A stretch of 64,000 nucleotides of DNA from Eledone cirrhosa (lineage: Eukaryota), in the NCBI GenBank assembly GCA_964016885.1, contig OZ024742.1:65596001-65660000 (forward strand), given 5' to 3'. Shown in pieces: positions 1 to 13,781 of the stretch; the stretch's first letter is position 1, and each line of letters opens with the position of its first letter. Position numbers and translations under genes: made by a program. Under the pieces are notes generated by a model. The model saw only the letters and a list, made by a program, of their open reading frames with translations. It was not told where the DNA came from and searched no databases.

Positions 1-106
<106 letters not shown>

Positions 107-236
107 TATATAAGCAAAAGGGATATTTAATTTGTTGGTAATTCAACAAATATATATGTTTATAACTGATTCGAAGCACTCGACAGTGTTTTCTGGAGTA
201 TTATATCAATGATATTAAATAAATGGAAACCATATT

Positions 237-297
237 TATTCTATTATATATATTTCAAGGGTACCAAAACTTTGGTACGCCCTCATCAGATAAAATA
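237..297 (-). ncRNA. Type I hammerhead ribozyme, family F1 (PLE pLTR-like unit at ~113-385)
   Basis: Minus strand reads tattttat CTGATGA gggcgtacc-aaagtttt-ggtaccctt GAAA tatata TA atagaata. Helices I and II pair and helix III is palindromic. Confidence 0.8.
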
Positions 298-716
298 CAA
301 AGTTTGTTTTATAAATATTGACATATCCAGGAAGATCTTAACGGTTCAAGGTTTTCCTGGAAAACCTTGAACCGTTAAGATTGATATATATACGTATATA
401 TATATAAATATATATATATATATAAAAGACAAAATGAGCCCGGATTCCTAATTTTTTTTTAATGTGGTAAAATCACAATATGTATGATAGGTTCTGTGAT
501 GATCTTCTCATATAACCGTGTCAGAGCAATACATATTGTCATTTGGTAACATAATAAGAATATTTGAAATCATGTCTTATGTTATCTTTTAAATATGGAA
601 CTCCAATCCTGCACCAAACAAGAAATCTATTTATGTAAGTCACTCTTCTTCCCACAAGCGTGAAACTAGAATGCATCCTCTTGTTTCATTTTTTTTTGTT
701 TTCTTGACACACGCAC

Positions 717-777
<61 letters not shown>

Positions 778-781
778 TATT

Positions 782-837
<56 letters not shown>

Positions 838-841
838 TATT

Positions 842-885
<44 letters not shown>

Positions 886-968
886 TAAATTTATATGTAT
901 ACATATATATATATATATATTTATACATATACATATGCATATTCATACATACATATATATATATGTAG

Positions 969-1041
<73 letters not shown>

Positions 1042-1429
1042 TAAACATTCATATTCGTATTGAACAAATATAACTAGATTGTAGAGGCGATGAAAGGAAT
1101 ACGTCGACATTAATATTTTATCTTGGCTTTTCATCAGAATTATACAAAAAAGAAAACACAAACAAAAAGCAAAACAATGAAAAGCAACAACATAAAAATC
1201 ACAGAGTGTATTGTTTTTTTTTTACTATAATCATTGCCTTGCACTGCCTTCTTTATAACACTATCATAATACATTCATATATGTAACGATTTCTTTGCTG
1301 CTATTACGCATACACACGCGCACACAGACACACATATACAGATATATATATATACTCACACACACACAAACATATATATATATATATATATATAAATGTG
1401 CATAATACTTATGCATATATATATATATA

Positions 1430-1600
1430 TAGGAAAATGTTCAAGACCCCGACGGCAGAGCTCAAGCCCTTTCGACGTCGAAACGGCTTGAGCTCTGCCG
1501 TCGAGGTCTTGAACATTTTCCTATTACCCACTGTACTACCCTAAGTATTGAGTACTCTGGTGCGTTATGGTCCACCTGGTTCCTTACCACACTTCCTTGG

Positions 1601-1654
<54 letters not shown>

Positions 1655-1831
1655 CAAAGGAATTGTGGTAAGGAGCCAGCTGGACGATAACGCACCTTAG
1701 GGTAGTAGAGTGGGAAATGGGAAAAAGTATGACCCCGACGGCAGAACTCAAGCCGTTTCGACGGCTATTTCTGGACAGAAATAGCCGTCGAAACGGCTTG
1801 AGCTCTGACGTCGGAGTCATACTTTTTCCTA
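1430..1831. mobile_element. Two tail-to-tail copies of TA-embedded fold-back element F2 (3' half of a hammerhead)
   Basis: Each copy has an internal inverted repeat and the motif GAA-ACGGC-ttgagctct-GCCGT-C-ggggtc. A third copy lies at 41620-41847. Confidence 0.75.
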
Positions 1832-2294
1832 TATATATATATATTATATATAATATATATATAATATATATATGTATATATATACATGTACAATATATTC
1901 CCTCCTCTGGCTAAGCGCTTGCGCACTCTGTATTTGCGTAATTTGCCTAAAGGCATAAGTTGTCTCTACCCGTTTTGTTATGTCCCAATAGGTAATCAAA
2001 TGAATGGTATCGACCTTAATATACCAAAACTGTAGTGATTTCTAGATGGGACTGTCCGCCTTTCCGTTGTTTTTTTCCATTATCTTTGTCCCCTGCGCCC
2101 CTAATTAGTATTTATATTCTAAAGACAGAGTCATGCGGCTCTTTTTGAAACTATCATATAATAGACATCAGGCAGATGCACTGGTGATTGTCACAACACT
2201 GGTGATTGCCTTTGCTTTTTTAGATCTGAACTATGTTGCCGTCTTCCAACAGATTAATACACACACGCACCACACGTATATATGTACACACACT

Positions 2295-2384
<90 letters not shown>

Positions 2385-2487
2385 TATACATATATATATA
2401 TACTATGTATTAAATAAATGCAAATGTTCATAACGTAAAATTCTACATAGAATCTTGTCTATATTCATGCCAGTAGTTGTTGAGTGA

Positions 2488-2536
2488 GTGTCACTGATGA
2501 AAGATTTACAAATCTTGAAACTGTACTGTCTGACAT
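2488..2536 (+). ncRNA. Type I hammerhead ribozyme
   Basis: gtgtca CTGATGA aagatt-taca-aatctt GAAAC tgtact GTC tgacat: perfect core, 6-bp helices I and II, GUC cleavage triplet. Confidence 0.85.
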
Positions 2537-3081
2537 TTTTAAACGTACTGACAACTCTGTGATATATGCACAGAGAAAAATAGAGAAAAACAAATTTTTC
2601 TTTACGAAAAAATATTTTCTTTGATAGCGAGGCAACCCATATGTTTATTCTATATAAATGTATATATAGTATATATATATATAATATATATATATATATA
2701 TAGTATATATATATATATATAGTATATATATATACATATATATGTGTGTTTTCATATACATCTCTGTTATGCTTAAACGTTGTCTTAGTGCTACTGCCAA
2801 TTAAACATACTTATCCACACACACACATATATATATATGCATATGTGTATATATATATATATATATATAAGTATGTATACGTACCTACATATATGTATAC
2901 AGACGTACAGTATTATGTATATATATATATATATATATACATGCATACATATATATATGTACGTATGGATTCACCGAACATTTATTATAATGCTCGGTGT
3001 GTTTGTAAAGAAAGATCCCGAATTAAGCCGTACAGTGTCTAGCAACCATCGTTGCTCATTTGTTCAACACTGACAAAGGAA

Positions 3082-3122
3082 CGCTGTACTGGTTTCAAGC
3101 TTATTAGCTATCGTCAGCAACG
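3082..3122 (-). ncRNA. Type I hammerhead ribozyme (F5)
   Basis: Minus strand: cgttg CTGACGA t-agct-aata-agct-t GAAAC ca GTA cagcg. Confidence 0.8.
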
Positions 3123-3356
3123 TATACCTTCCTGCCAGATGGTTGAACGTCTGAAAGTATATACTTTCCTTATGCATATTAACGGCTGAGCAGCCTAATT
3201 TGCATATCGAGTGAGTTAATCGGCCGGGGAACCGAAAACGATAAACGGAAAAAATGAAACGAAATTTCATTTCTCACTCTTAGTACGGTTAGTACGGCTG
3301 TTACTTAAATATAAGTATGTATACGTACATACATATATGTATACAGACGTACAGTA

Positions 3357-3437
<81 letters not shown>

Positions 3438-3855
3438 TAATATTAATTAATATATATATATATATTGATAAAAATTCGTTGTACTGCCTCTCTGTTTTGT
3501 TCCTGATCAAATTTTTCCATTATATATATATATATATATACATACATGAACACATATATATATGTACGTATGGATTCACCGAAGATTTATTATAATGCTC
3601 GGTGTTTGTGTAAATAAACATCCCGAATTAAGCTGTACGTCTGTATACATATATGTATGTACTTATACATACTTATATTTAAGTAACAGCCGTACTAAGA
3701 GTGGGAAATGAAATTTCGTTTCATTTTTTACGTTCATCGTTTTCGGTATCCCGGCCGATTAACTCACTGGTTATGCAAATTAGGCTGCTCAGCCGTTAAT
3801 ATGCATAAGGAAAGTATATACTTTCAGACGTTCAACCATCTGGCAGGAAGGTATT

Positions 3856-3896
3856 CATTGCTGACGATAGCCAATAAGCTTGAAACTAGTACAGCG
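3856..3896 (+). ncRNA. Type I hammerhead ribozyme (F5)
   Basis: cattg CTGACGA tagccaataagctt GAAAC ta GTA cagcg. Helix III is the palindrome ACTAGT. Confidence 0.8.
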
Positions 3897-4191
3897 TTCC
3901 TTTGTCAGTGTTGAACAAATGAGCAACAATGGTTGCTAGACACTGTACGGCTTAATTCGGGATGTTTGTTTACAAAAACACCGAGCATTATAATAAATGT
4001 TCGGTGAATCCATACGTACATATATATATAAGTGTGCATGTATATATATATATATGTATACATACTACTGTACGTCTGTATACATATATGTATGTACGTA
4101 TACATACTTATGTTTAAGTAACAGCCGTACTAAGAGTGAGAAATGAAATTTCGTTTCATTTTTTCCGTATATATATATATATATATATATA

Positions 4192-4593
4192 TCGTCTACG
4201 ATTTCACAGAACTTATGTTTACCGAATTCGCAGACCAGACCCCTTCTTCCTCCCATTAGACCTGTGCGAAATTCCTTCCTTGCTCACATTTCAACCAGGT
4301 TTGATGGTCTTTATTCTCTCGTTCACGATTTCACCGAATTTAAATTCATAGAAATCTGGGACTTGTCTCTTTCTTCCTCACTTTCTGTTGCTTCACCTTT
4401 TTGTTTGTTTACCCTCGCGTCCCCTTTATTTACGTGTCTGAACGACTTTTTTTAGCCGTTGCTCGCACCAACCGGAGGTATATGTTCTTTAAAGCGATGA
4501 AATGCCTATGATGGTTGGAAGATCACTGATGAAGGACAAACTTTTTTCATATGTAACCCATTTACAACTCCGCAGCGCCCTTATTATCATATT

Positions 4594-4595
<2 letters not shown>
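4192..4595 (+). mobile_element. TA-embedded dispersed repeat F6 (~400-500 bp)
   Basis: Homologous copies at 44770-45070(-) and 45580-46100(+), all bounded by (TA)n. Contains CTGA(T/C)GAagga without a recognisable GAAA half. Confidence 0.75.
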
Positions 4596-4684
<89 letters not shown>

Positions 4685-4871
4685 TCCGCGAAAAATCAAA
4701 GACAATGAATATTATGAAATGTACAACCCACACAACATTAATTATGAATATTATGTGCTCTGCCCGAAACTGGTTTGTCTTGCGGTCATTTTCCGGCTCG
4801 TTGCATTGTGAATCCAAAGCGGTCAGCTTCCTCTCACTGGAAAACGGTGAAACGATAAAACTTGGACCCTT

Positions 4872-5092
4872 AATATTGGTTTCTGATTTAGGCTCAAGGC
4901 CAACAATCTTGGAGAAGGGGGATAGTCGATTAAATCGACCCCAATGCATTACTTGGACTTTATTTTATCGAACCCATAAGGATGAAAGGCAATGATAACC
5001 TCGACAGGATTTGTGCTTCGATCTTAAAGGACCGTAACTCTATGCCATAAAGCTTTTGTCCGACGCTCCTCAGATACTGCTAATCCACCGCC
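4872..5092 (-). mobile_element. tRNA-derived SINE, long form
   Basis: Head ggcggtggattagcagtatc..., core ctttgcctttcatccttatggg-tcgataaaataaagt, palindrome gtcgattaaatcgac, tail ccttgagcctaaatcagaaac. Confidence 0.85.
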
Positions 5093-5869
5093 TTCTCCTT
5101 TAGTATTAAAACAAGAAAGAAATCTACGAGATATATATAATGTCATTGGAAACCGTATAACCCGGCATTATTAATCAGAAGACATAAAACCCACATGTTT
5201 GTGTGTATGTTTATGAGACCATGTGCATTGGAGTGGGATATGGAAATATTGTCGTTACTGTTCACACCTGCGCAGATTTAACTAGCTTACTAAAGTCAGT
5301 TTTCTAGCTATTTTAATGAGTGGCACGCCAGTCCTGTCATGCCACCATTTCTAGATGTTCAAACTCAGAACAAACAATTACTACCAGATATCTCACCCAA
5401 CATTCTGACAGCTCTGCCAATCTACCCTCTTGGACTTTGATTATCAACAATGAAAGCAAGAAAGATAAAATTGACCTTGTTAGGATTTGAAAGCAGTGAG
5501 TCAGAATATATACATAATATATATATGTGTGTGTGTATTCTGTCAATTCGGTTCCTTGATATATAAGCACATATACTTGTATTCTGTAAAAACAAATAAC
5601 AGGTATGGAATTTAAATAAATTACAGTTGCTCGCGAAAAAGTAAGTTATTTTGACAGCACTAGTCATAAAATTCCAAGAGTGAAATTTTTTTCATTTATC
5701 ATTACTTCAAATAATTCTTGTTATGAAACAAAACCAAATAGAACTTACTAGAAAAAATATTTGTTGACAAATATAATTTCGTCCTTATGTTATTTGTTTT
5801 TTTTTTCTATTTCTTAAAACGAATTTTACACATGTCTGGTAAACATATAATAATATATATAAGCTTTTC

Positions 5870-6095
5870 CCAATGACGACCACGATTCAACGAAATGAAC
5901 TCTTACATGGTCGCTAGAGTTTCGGAAAATAGCAGTGAAATAGGCATCAAATCATACGATACTCTCATAGAAATGAAGGACTCATTGCATACCTTGTCTC
6001 GAGCAATATGACTAGGATTAAAATAAGATAGTCTTGGTTTAAATGCCTTTGATCATACGTATTCTTACGCAGTGCTGGAATAGGACTAAATAACA
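5870..6095 (+). mobile_element. Degenerate second SINE-like family (3' part ...aatgcctttgatcata...ggactaaataacaa)
   Basis: Similar decayed copies near 20440-20820, 28780-28900, 32750-32830, 33560-33770, 34170-34250 and 41960-42110. Confidence 0.5.
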
Positions 6096-6404
6096 AGAAG
6101 CTCATCACCAGCAGGCAAAGGAGTACTTACATGATAGCAAACATTTAGTAGCCAAATCTATCGAATAGCATACTTTAGTGTCTTATAAAAAGGCAGGCCA
6201 TATTCTATACATTATCCTTGAAAAATTACAAGAGAGTCACAAGTGGAATGTATTGGGTTCTCGATCGATTAGAACATGGTTCACATTGGCTAAAATAACA
6301 ACAACGAAAATAATCACTATCCTCGCAACAACAACGACAATAATACATCAATGCGTTTTCTTCTAATTTTAGACATCAACTCCATAGGTTCGTTAATGTA
6401 AATA

Positions 6405-7140
6405 CAGGATGAATCAGATAAAATTGGCCCCGCGCTCGTTTTCTGTCACGGTATATTCATGTTCTAACCGGCCGACCTTAAATTCCAGAATGGCAGATAC
6501 AACGGTTTAGAGAACAACAATATTCCAATGGGAGCTACAGCACTGGATTTTCTGTGTGAAGCACTACAATAAATTTGTGTCGTACAAGCAAGTCCAGGAG
6601 CAATTCATGCATATTTTGGAACGGATAAATATCCCTTCAAAGCCAATATATAAAACTGTGTGAAGAAGTATGAGACCTATTGGACAGTGGAAAACCTCGA
6701 TACAATGTTTGAGAAGATTTCAACTCATTCTGGACCACCAAAGAAGCGCATTCGAGAAGTTATTGACATGGTCCAAGTGACTGTTGAAGAGAGCCCAAAA
6801 CAATCGCTGCGCAGAAGCCAATCTTTGGGTCTTTCCACAGACACTTGCAGAAGGGTTGTCAAAGAGGATCTTCAGATGTGCCTCTACAGAATACAGACTA
6901 AACAAAAGCTTACCGTAACTGATAAAACCAAGAGAACGGCTATGGCTGGAAAAATGTTGGAGAAGATAGAAAACAACACAACATTTTTGAATCTGCTGTG
7001 GACCGCTGATTAAGCCCACTTTCACTTAAATGGGAAGATCAATGTGTTCTGGGGGTGAGATAAACCCACTACAGTGGCTTGAAACTCCTCCACTCGGCTA
7101 AATGTACCTCCTTGATTGCCATTGTTGAGAGAGGGTTGGT
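6405..7140 (+). mobile_element. Tc1/mariner-superfamily transposon remnant (transposase pseudogene)
   Basis: Begins TA|CAGGATG. ORF 6660-7013 has an HTH region (ESPKQSLRRSQSLGLS...CRRVVKEDL) running into WTAD*AHFHLNG, which matches the first-D motif WSDEAHFHLNG with a stop. Confidence 0.8.
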
Positions 7141-7688
7141 TGTCCTAAGAAAACCAATATGTTTAAATAGTAAGAGGTTTCGATAATATGAAATGCTTCA
7201 TTATTGCATGACAGTTTAATTGGCTGAGTATTCCACAGAGACTTGTATAGTTAAGTATGTGTGACAAGTTTGAAATTTCGGAATAAAGGTACCACCCCAC
7301 TGGTTTTCATGCATTGTTCTACCAATTCAATATCATACAAAATCATAGGTCACACTGAACCCATACTAAAAGTTATATGCTTAACATACTGCTCAGTAAT
7401 ATCGAAATAAGGACTTCATCTCAGTGAAGCGTATATGAACTTATATGTTTATTGAACGATGAACAATTGATTTTATCAATATTAATACTTAAGGCGCAGA
7501 TAATTAATCGTTTCTGGAAGGATGATAGCAAAAGTCGACCATGTAGTATTTTGCATACCTTTAGATTCTGAATTTAATTTTCACGAAGATCGATCTTCGC
7601 TTTTATGGAGCCAATTAAATAAGTACCAATAATATATTGCGAATTGATTCAAATAAATATACTCATCCGTCTCTCTCTCTTTCTCTCA

Positions 7689-7754
<66 letters not shown>

Positions 7755-8419
7755 CTCTATCTATCTATCTATCTATCTCAAATACACACGCACAAATCTT
7801 ACTCATGCTCTATTAACATATAGATGTGTCCTTATATTATAATCTGAACATTTACTTGAGGAATTTGGTATTAAACACTAATACCACTCAATACTGTGTT
7901 ATCAGAGAATCCATAAAAATATACATATGTCAGTAATGTCAGTACCGAAAAAAATCTTTGTCTTATAATTTCATTATATATATATGTAGGAGAACTGTGT
8001 TTCACTTTAAAATATTTTATTCATTATCGAACGTGACACATGTTTCATAAATGATCGACTCTAGGTCTTAATCGATATGATAGACTTGACAACAGTGTCG
8101 ATGTGTTCAAGAAACGGGTAGATTTCAATTAGAATATTTCTACCTCTGGTGCAACCGAATCCCCTATTTGGAAGACTTTAGAATATAAATTCAAACTAGG
8201 GGTCCGCACAAGTCAAAGACAAGGGAAAACACAACCAAATTCCTCACGTCAATGTTTATATTGTAATAAATGGACAATTCTGTATATTAATACAACATAA
8301 GTGAATTTTGTGTGTTTATATGTGTGTGTGGGCGCGTGTGATAATTATGTTATTTGTTTACCAAACACTGGTAAACAAATGAATGCTGAGGATGGCTCTG
8401 AACAGTATACACTGAGGAT

Positions 8420-8711
8420 GAAGAACTCAGTGCTGTACGGGAGCTTCGCAAAAGTCAGCTTGAAAGCAACACAGAGGAGACTGAGGTTAGCTGGACATGC
8501 TAACCGATATTCAGAGTCGATACTGCACTCAGTGGTCCTGTGGGAACCCCTACACGGACACACTAGAAGTGGGAGATCAAGGTTGACATATATTGAGGCC
8601 CTAAGGACAGACACTGGTCTCTGGGAGACGCAGGACATGGTGGCGATGATGAAGGACAGAGACCGCTGGAGAGAACTTGTCCATGGATCTAGGGAATTTT
8701 ACCCGCCCTAA
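8420..8711 (+). mobile_element. RTE-group LINE 3' fragment
   Basis: RRLRLAGH...VVLWEPLHG..RSGRSRLTYIEAL..DTGL...MKDRDRWR, a typical RTE/RTE-X ORF C-terminus. Confidence 0.8.
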
Positions 8712-8782
8712 TCAAACACTCCGTCATTTTTATGGACACTATGGTAATCTTTCTCTCTCTCTCGCTCTCTCCCACTCCCCCC

Positions 8783-8837
<55 letters not shown>

Positions 8838-8851
8838 TGTTTGTATGTTTA

Positions 8852-8882
<31 letters not shown>

Positions 8883-9002
8883 TATATAAATATGGAACTT
8901 AACCCTATTATGCATATCCGCAGTTGACAATGCATATAATGCTGAAACCGGTACCATTAGTAAATGCGGAAATATCCTCTTTATAAATATATTAAAAAAT
9001 AA

Positions 9003-9180
9003 ATAATTGTTTCTACTTTTGGCACAAGGCCAGCAATTACCCAGCACGTTACTGGTACTTGATTTTATCGACCCCGTAAGGATGAAAGGCAAAGTTAACC
9101 TTGGCGGGATTTGAACTCAAATCATAAAGGGACGCAACTACGCTGGAAAGCATGTCCGACCCTCTACCGATACTGCCAAT
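9003..9180 (-). mobile_element. tRNA-derived SINE, short form
   Basis: Near-identical to the full + copy at 47084-47272. Confidence 0.9.
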
Positions 9181-9311
9181 AAAAATAAATAATGTTTTGA
9201 TATTACACTAAAAGAATCTCTTCAGCATTTTCTATTGAACAAATCTTTTTTCTTTCTACTATTTGCTTTTATATGTTTATCTTTTACACACACACGCAGA
9301 CACACACACAC

Positions 9312-9457
<146 letters not shown>

Positions 9458-9626
9458 GCGTTTACATATGTAGATATGCTGTTATATACGTATCAATATA
9501 TAAATAAATAAATATATATATATGTATATATATTTGCTTTTGCACACACCCACACACCCACACACATACATATATATATATAGCCGTATCTATATACATA
9601 CGTACAAACACAAACACACAAACATA

Positions 9627-9748
<122 letters not shown>

Positions 9749-10234
9749 AGTTTACATATATATAAACTAGACAGAGCCATATATATATATATATATGAAT
9801 TCGTTTCTGGCGGGGATCATTTAAGAAAGATCTCTGTCCAATTGAGTTTGTTTCCTGAAGATTTCGAAACTCGTAGATTTATCCATGATCGGATATTTTC
9901 AAAAAGCGAATGAAACTTCATGGGGTAGAAACATAATTTTGGTATGTTTATGTACATTTTTTCTTCTAACTTTGATTTTGTACCTAATTGTGTATGGTTG
10001 GCTATATGTCTAATCAATTTCTACGGGCTATCAGAAATACTAGGTAAATCTTCTGTGGCTGTGGATCGCGGATAAAATAGCTATCATTTATTTATCTATT
10101 GTTTCTTCATAGGTACATTTTAAACTTATAGCCTCGTTTAATTGATTTTTATGTGGTTAATTATGCTGATTGGGAGGAGAAATACTGTATATATTTTATC
10201 AAATGATTCTATGGCCTTACTTTCTTATATATAT

Positions 10235-10351
<117 letters not shown>

Positions 10352-10379
10352 AAAGAATAGAGGTGTAACACACAAGTTA

Positions 10380-10867
10380 TTATATATTGGTAAACGGAAT
10401 AGAAAATGCTGACAAATTGTTCACAGTTGAAAAATGGTTTAATTAGGAATAAAAGAGTATTAGTGATTGTATGGGTTAGTATTCAGTTGTGGTTTTAAGT
10501 TTTTAAGTTTTTACCGGTTGCGCATTTCTAAATGCTTTTCAAAAATAATTTTGAGATAGAGTGTCCGTGCTGTTTGCTCTGATCTGATTAGTTTTGGGAA
10601 TTCTACCTGTTTTTATGTTAAAAAAATGGCTCCAGCGTTATTTTTGTGTTGCAAAAATGCTTGTGGTCAAAACAATTTTGATTGGTCGGTAGAGGTCATG
10701 TGAATGTAAAAAGTTGATTTTGCGCCAAGACTGTTTTTATGTTAAAATGTTAGAAAAGTGGCTCCAGCAAAAATTATTGGTCAAAACAATTTTGATTGGT
10801 CGGTAGAGGTCATGTGGATAAAAAATTGGTTTTGCGCCAAGATTGAGAAATGACTCTTTCACAACAA

Positions 10868-10921
<54 letters not shown>

Positions 10922-11281
10922 TAGTAGTAGTAAGGTGTTCGATGCTGCGACAAATCAACTTTTTACATTCACATGACCTCTACCGACCAATCAAAATTGT
11001 TTTGACCACAAGCATTTTTGCAACACAAAAATAACGCTGGAGCCATTTTTTTAACATAAAAACAGGTAGAATTCCCAAAACTAATCAGATCAGAGCAAAC
11101 AGCACGGACACTCTATCTCAAAATTATTTTTGAAAAGCATTTAGAAATGCGCAACCGGTAAAAACTTAAAAACTTAAAACCACAACTGAATACTAACCCA
11201 TACAATCACTAATACTCTTTTATTCCTAATTAAACCATTTTTCAACTGTGAACAATTTGTCAGCATTTTCTATTCCGTTTA

Positions 11282-11290
<9 letters not shown>
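10380..11290. repeat. ~340-bp near-perfect inverted repeat (10380-10720 / 10950-11290) between (TA)n tracts
   Basis: The arms are reverse complements by eye. The spacer holds a ~110-bp partial tandem duplication and a (TG)n tract. Confidence 0.9.
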
Positions 11291-11319
<29 letters not shown>

Positions 11320-11404
11320 TTATAGACATCAACATAGATAATGCAGTTGATGAAGATGAAAATTTGGGGATCATGCAAACGAAAAGCAGAGCAATTCTAC
11401 CAAT

Positions 11405-12190
11405 GCTACACCCACCACCACCACCACTATCCTAAGCACCACCATCACCCCCTCATCACAATTGCCACTTCCACCACCACCACCATCACTAAGAACCACC
11501 ATCACCTCTCACTACAAACGCCACCCCCACCACCACCGCTAATCACCACCACCACCACCATCACCATCACCAAGCACCACCACCACTAGCACCACCACCA
11601 CCAGCACCACCACCACCACTAGCACCACTACAATCACCACCACCACCAGCACCACCACCACCAACGCCAACACCACCAGAACCACCACCACCACTAAGCG
11701 CCAACATCACCACCACTACCACCATTAAGCATTACCACCACCATCACCACCACTATCATCATCACCACCACCACGAAGCACGACCACGACTACCACCATC
11801 ACCACCACCCTTCATCGCTACCACCACCACCACCACCACCACCACCACCACCACCACCACCACCACCACCACCACTATCATCATCACCACCATGAAGCAC
11901 GACCACGACTACCACCACCACCATCACCCTCCACCACCACCACGACTACCACCACGACTACCACCATCACCACCACCCACCACCACCACCACCCTCCACC
12001 ATCACCACGACTACCACCATCACCACCACCCACCACCACCATCACCCTCCACCACCACCACCACGACTACCACCATCACCACCACCCACCACCCACCACC
12101 ACCACGACTACCACCCACCACCACCCTCCACCACCACCACGACTACCACCCTCACCACCACCCTCACCACCACCATCACCCTCCACCACC
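11405..12190 (+). repeat. Degenerate (CAC)n compound microsatellite
   Basis: CAC/CAT/CGA triplet array. The His/Pro/Thr ORFs here are artefacts. Confidence 0.9.
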
Positions 12191-12548
12191 ATTCTGTTTA
12201 ACAAAACATACATTACCATGTTTAGAATATAAACTGCCAGTCGTTCTCTATAGTCTCACTACACACATATACACAATGGAGCTAGAGATCAGAGCCTCTC
12301 GCATCAATCGAGTATATTATTAACGTTATTATTGGTTGATTTCGCCTGCTTTCTATTCGATCTAAACCCCACTTTTTGTTCTATTTCCTTGTATTGTCTT
12401 CAACGACTTCTACCCTTGTGGCTGATAATAGAAATCATCATTATTATTATTTTTTGTTGTTTCTTTTAATACTTTTAGAAATCATTCTTATCATTAATAT
12501 TTTTGAGGCAACTAAAAGAATGATTATAATTGTTCTTGTTATTACTAT

Positions 12549-12601
<53 letters not shown>

Positions 12602-12753
12602 TGGCTGTTGTTATTATGATTAGCATTATTTATTAACACCACAATGGCTGTTCAGAAACAATGGATGACTTACCAGATTCTTTTGATGGGTGATGAGATA
12701 GTAAGGTAGAAGGAGAAAACAGAGAGCGACAGAGGGAGAATGAGAGAAAGAGT

Positions 12754-12813
<60 letters not shown>

Positions 12814-13404
12814 GGGAGAGAGAAGGAGAACGTGTGGGTTTGGTAAAAATAGGGAAGGATACACACACACACACAGACACACACAGATACACACATAAAC
12901 ACACACAGAAGCACACACACACACACACACACATATTTATACAATGGATATATATATATATAATCAATTAAACATTGATAGGGAGGTTTACAATGCAAAA
13001 AGTTGAAAACCCAGCAACAACTACGTATCAGGTGGGGCTCTATTCTTTGTATGCAAATCACAACAATAATAGAAACACCAACAACAACAACGTCAACAAC
13101 GACGGCACCAGCAATAACAATAACAACAAGCAGCAGAATAACAGTGTTAAGTGCAACTACAAGGTGAATTACGTGAAATATAATCTAAACACACATAGAA
13201 TAGAAATCTGCTACGGAATTTGTTAGAGGTTTGCCAGGTTTCCGCCAAAGAATTATATTAGCGTGGTGTGAGTTGTTTTTGTTTATGCTGTTTTTCTTGT
13301 TGATGTAGTTGTTTTTGCTGTTACTCAGGTTGTTTTATTCAAGGTTAGTACATGAAAAGAAAGGAGCAATTCGCTGGGAGGTAAGATATTCATTTAGAGA
13401 GATT

Positions 13405-13445
<41 letters not shown>

Positions 13446-13446
<1 letters not shown>

Positions 13447-13781
13447 TCTAGGAGAAGGAAAACTCTGATATAACACCTGCAATACTCTGATGGTATCCAA
13501 TGATGTTGACTTGTTCTTCTTTTTGGTAAATATCATCTTGGTTAAGAGAGAGGGACTGGCTTTGTGCAGTGCCTTTGCTCACTATAAAAGGTTCACGGCA
13601 CAGGCATTGCTTTATATCTGGAGATCTCTGCACTTGTCGTCACGTGGTACCATGGGCCCAGCACTATGTATCAATAATTGTCACAAGTGTAGTGTTTGTA
13701 CCAGAGTTTTCAAGTCGCTGGCTGGACTAAAAAGTCACACTCGTTCAGCGCATCTGTAGGGGTTCTCCTACATGGATATAA
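13446..13781 (+). mobile_element. Truncated copy of RTE-derived non-autonomous element
   Basis: Matches the internal part of 18919-19524. It breaks at ...ggatata, where a PLE-like element starts. Confidence 0.85.

Larger units (their letters stand above)
2868..4170. mobile_element. Family F5 tandem/inverted array of ~445-bp hammerhead-bearing monomers (retrozyme or PLE pLTR)
   Basis: 2960-3355 is the reverse complement of ~3636-4030 plus 4065-4105. The unit start recurs at ~2868 and ~3312. Duplicated ORFs 3064..3270(-) and 3708..3914(+) are a by-product. Confidence 0.8.

Noticed and set aside
721-960. Regularly spaced atgcatattcatac units separated by TA tracts (CRISPR-like periodicity)
   Set aside because: The spacers are pure (TA)n, so this is slippage duplication in eukaryotic DNA, and there are no cas genes.
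3064-3914. Duplicated 68-aa ORF MKFRFIF...FLCQC as a small gene
   Set aside because: It lies within the F5 repeat and overlaps the hammerhead. The duplication reflects the repeat, and the substitutions do not look synonymous-biased.
4520-4560. Hammerhead in family F6 (CTGATGAagga)
   Set aside because: No closing helix II or GAAA/UH downstream in any of three copies, so it was not counted as a ribozyme.
11341-12323. His/Pro/Thr-rich ORFs resembling extensin or histidine-rich proteins
   Set aside because: They come from a degenerate (CAC)n array, open in several frames, with no splice or domain evidence.
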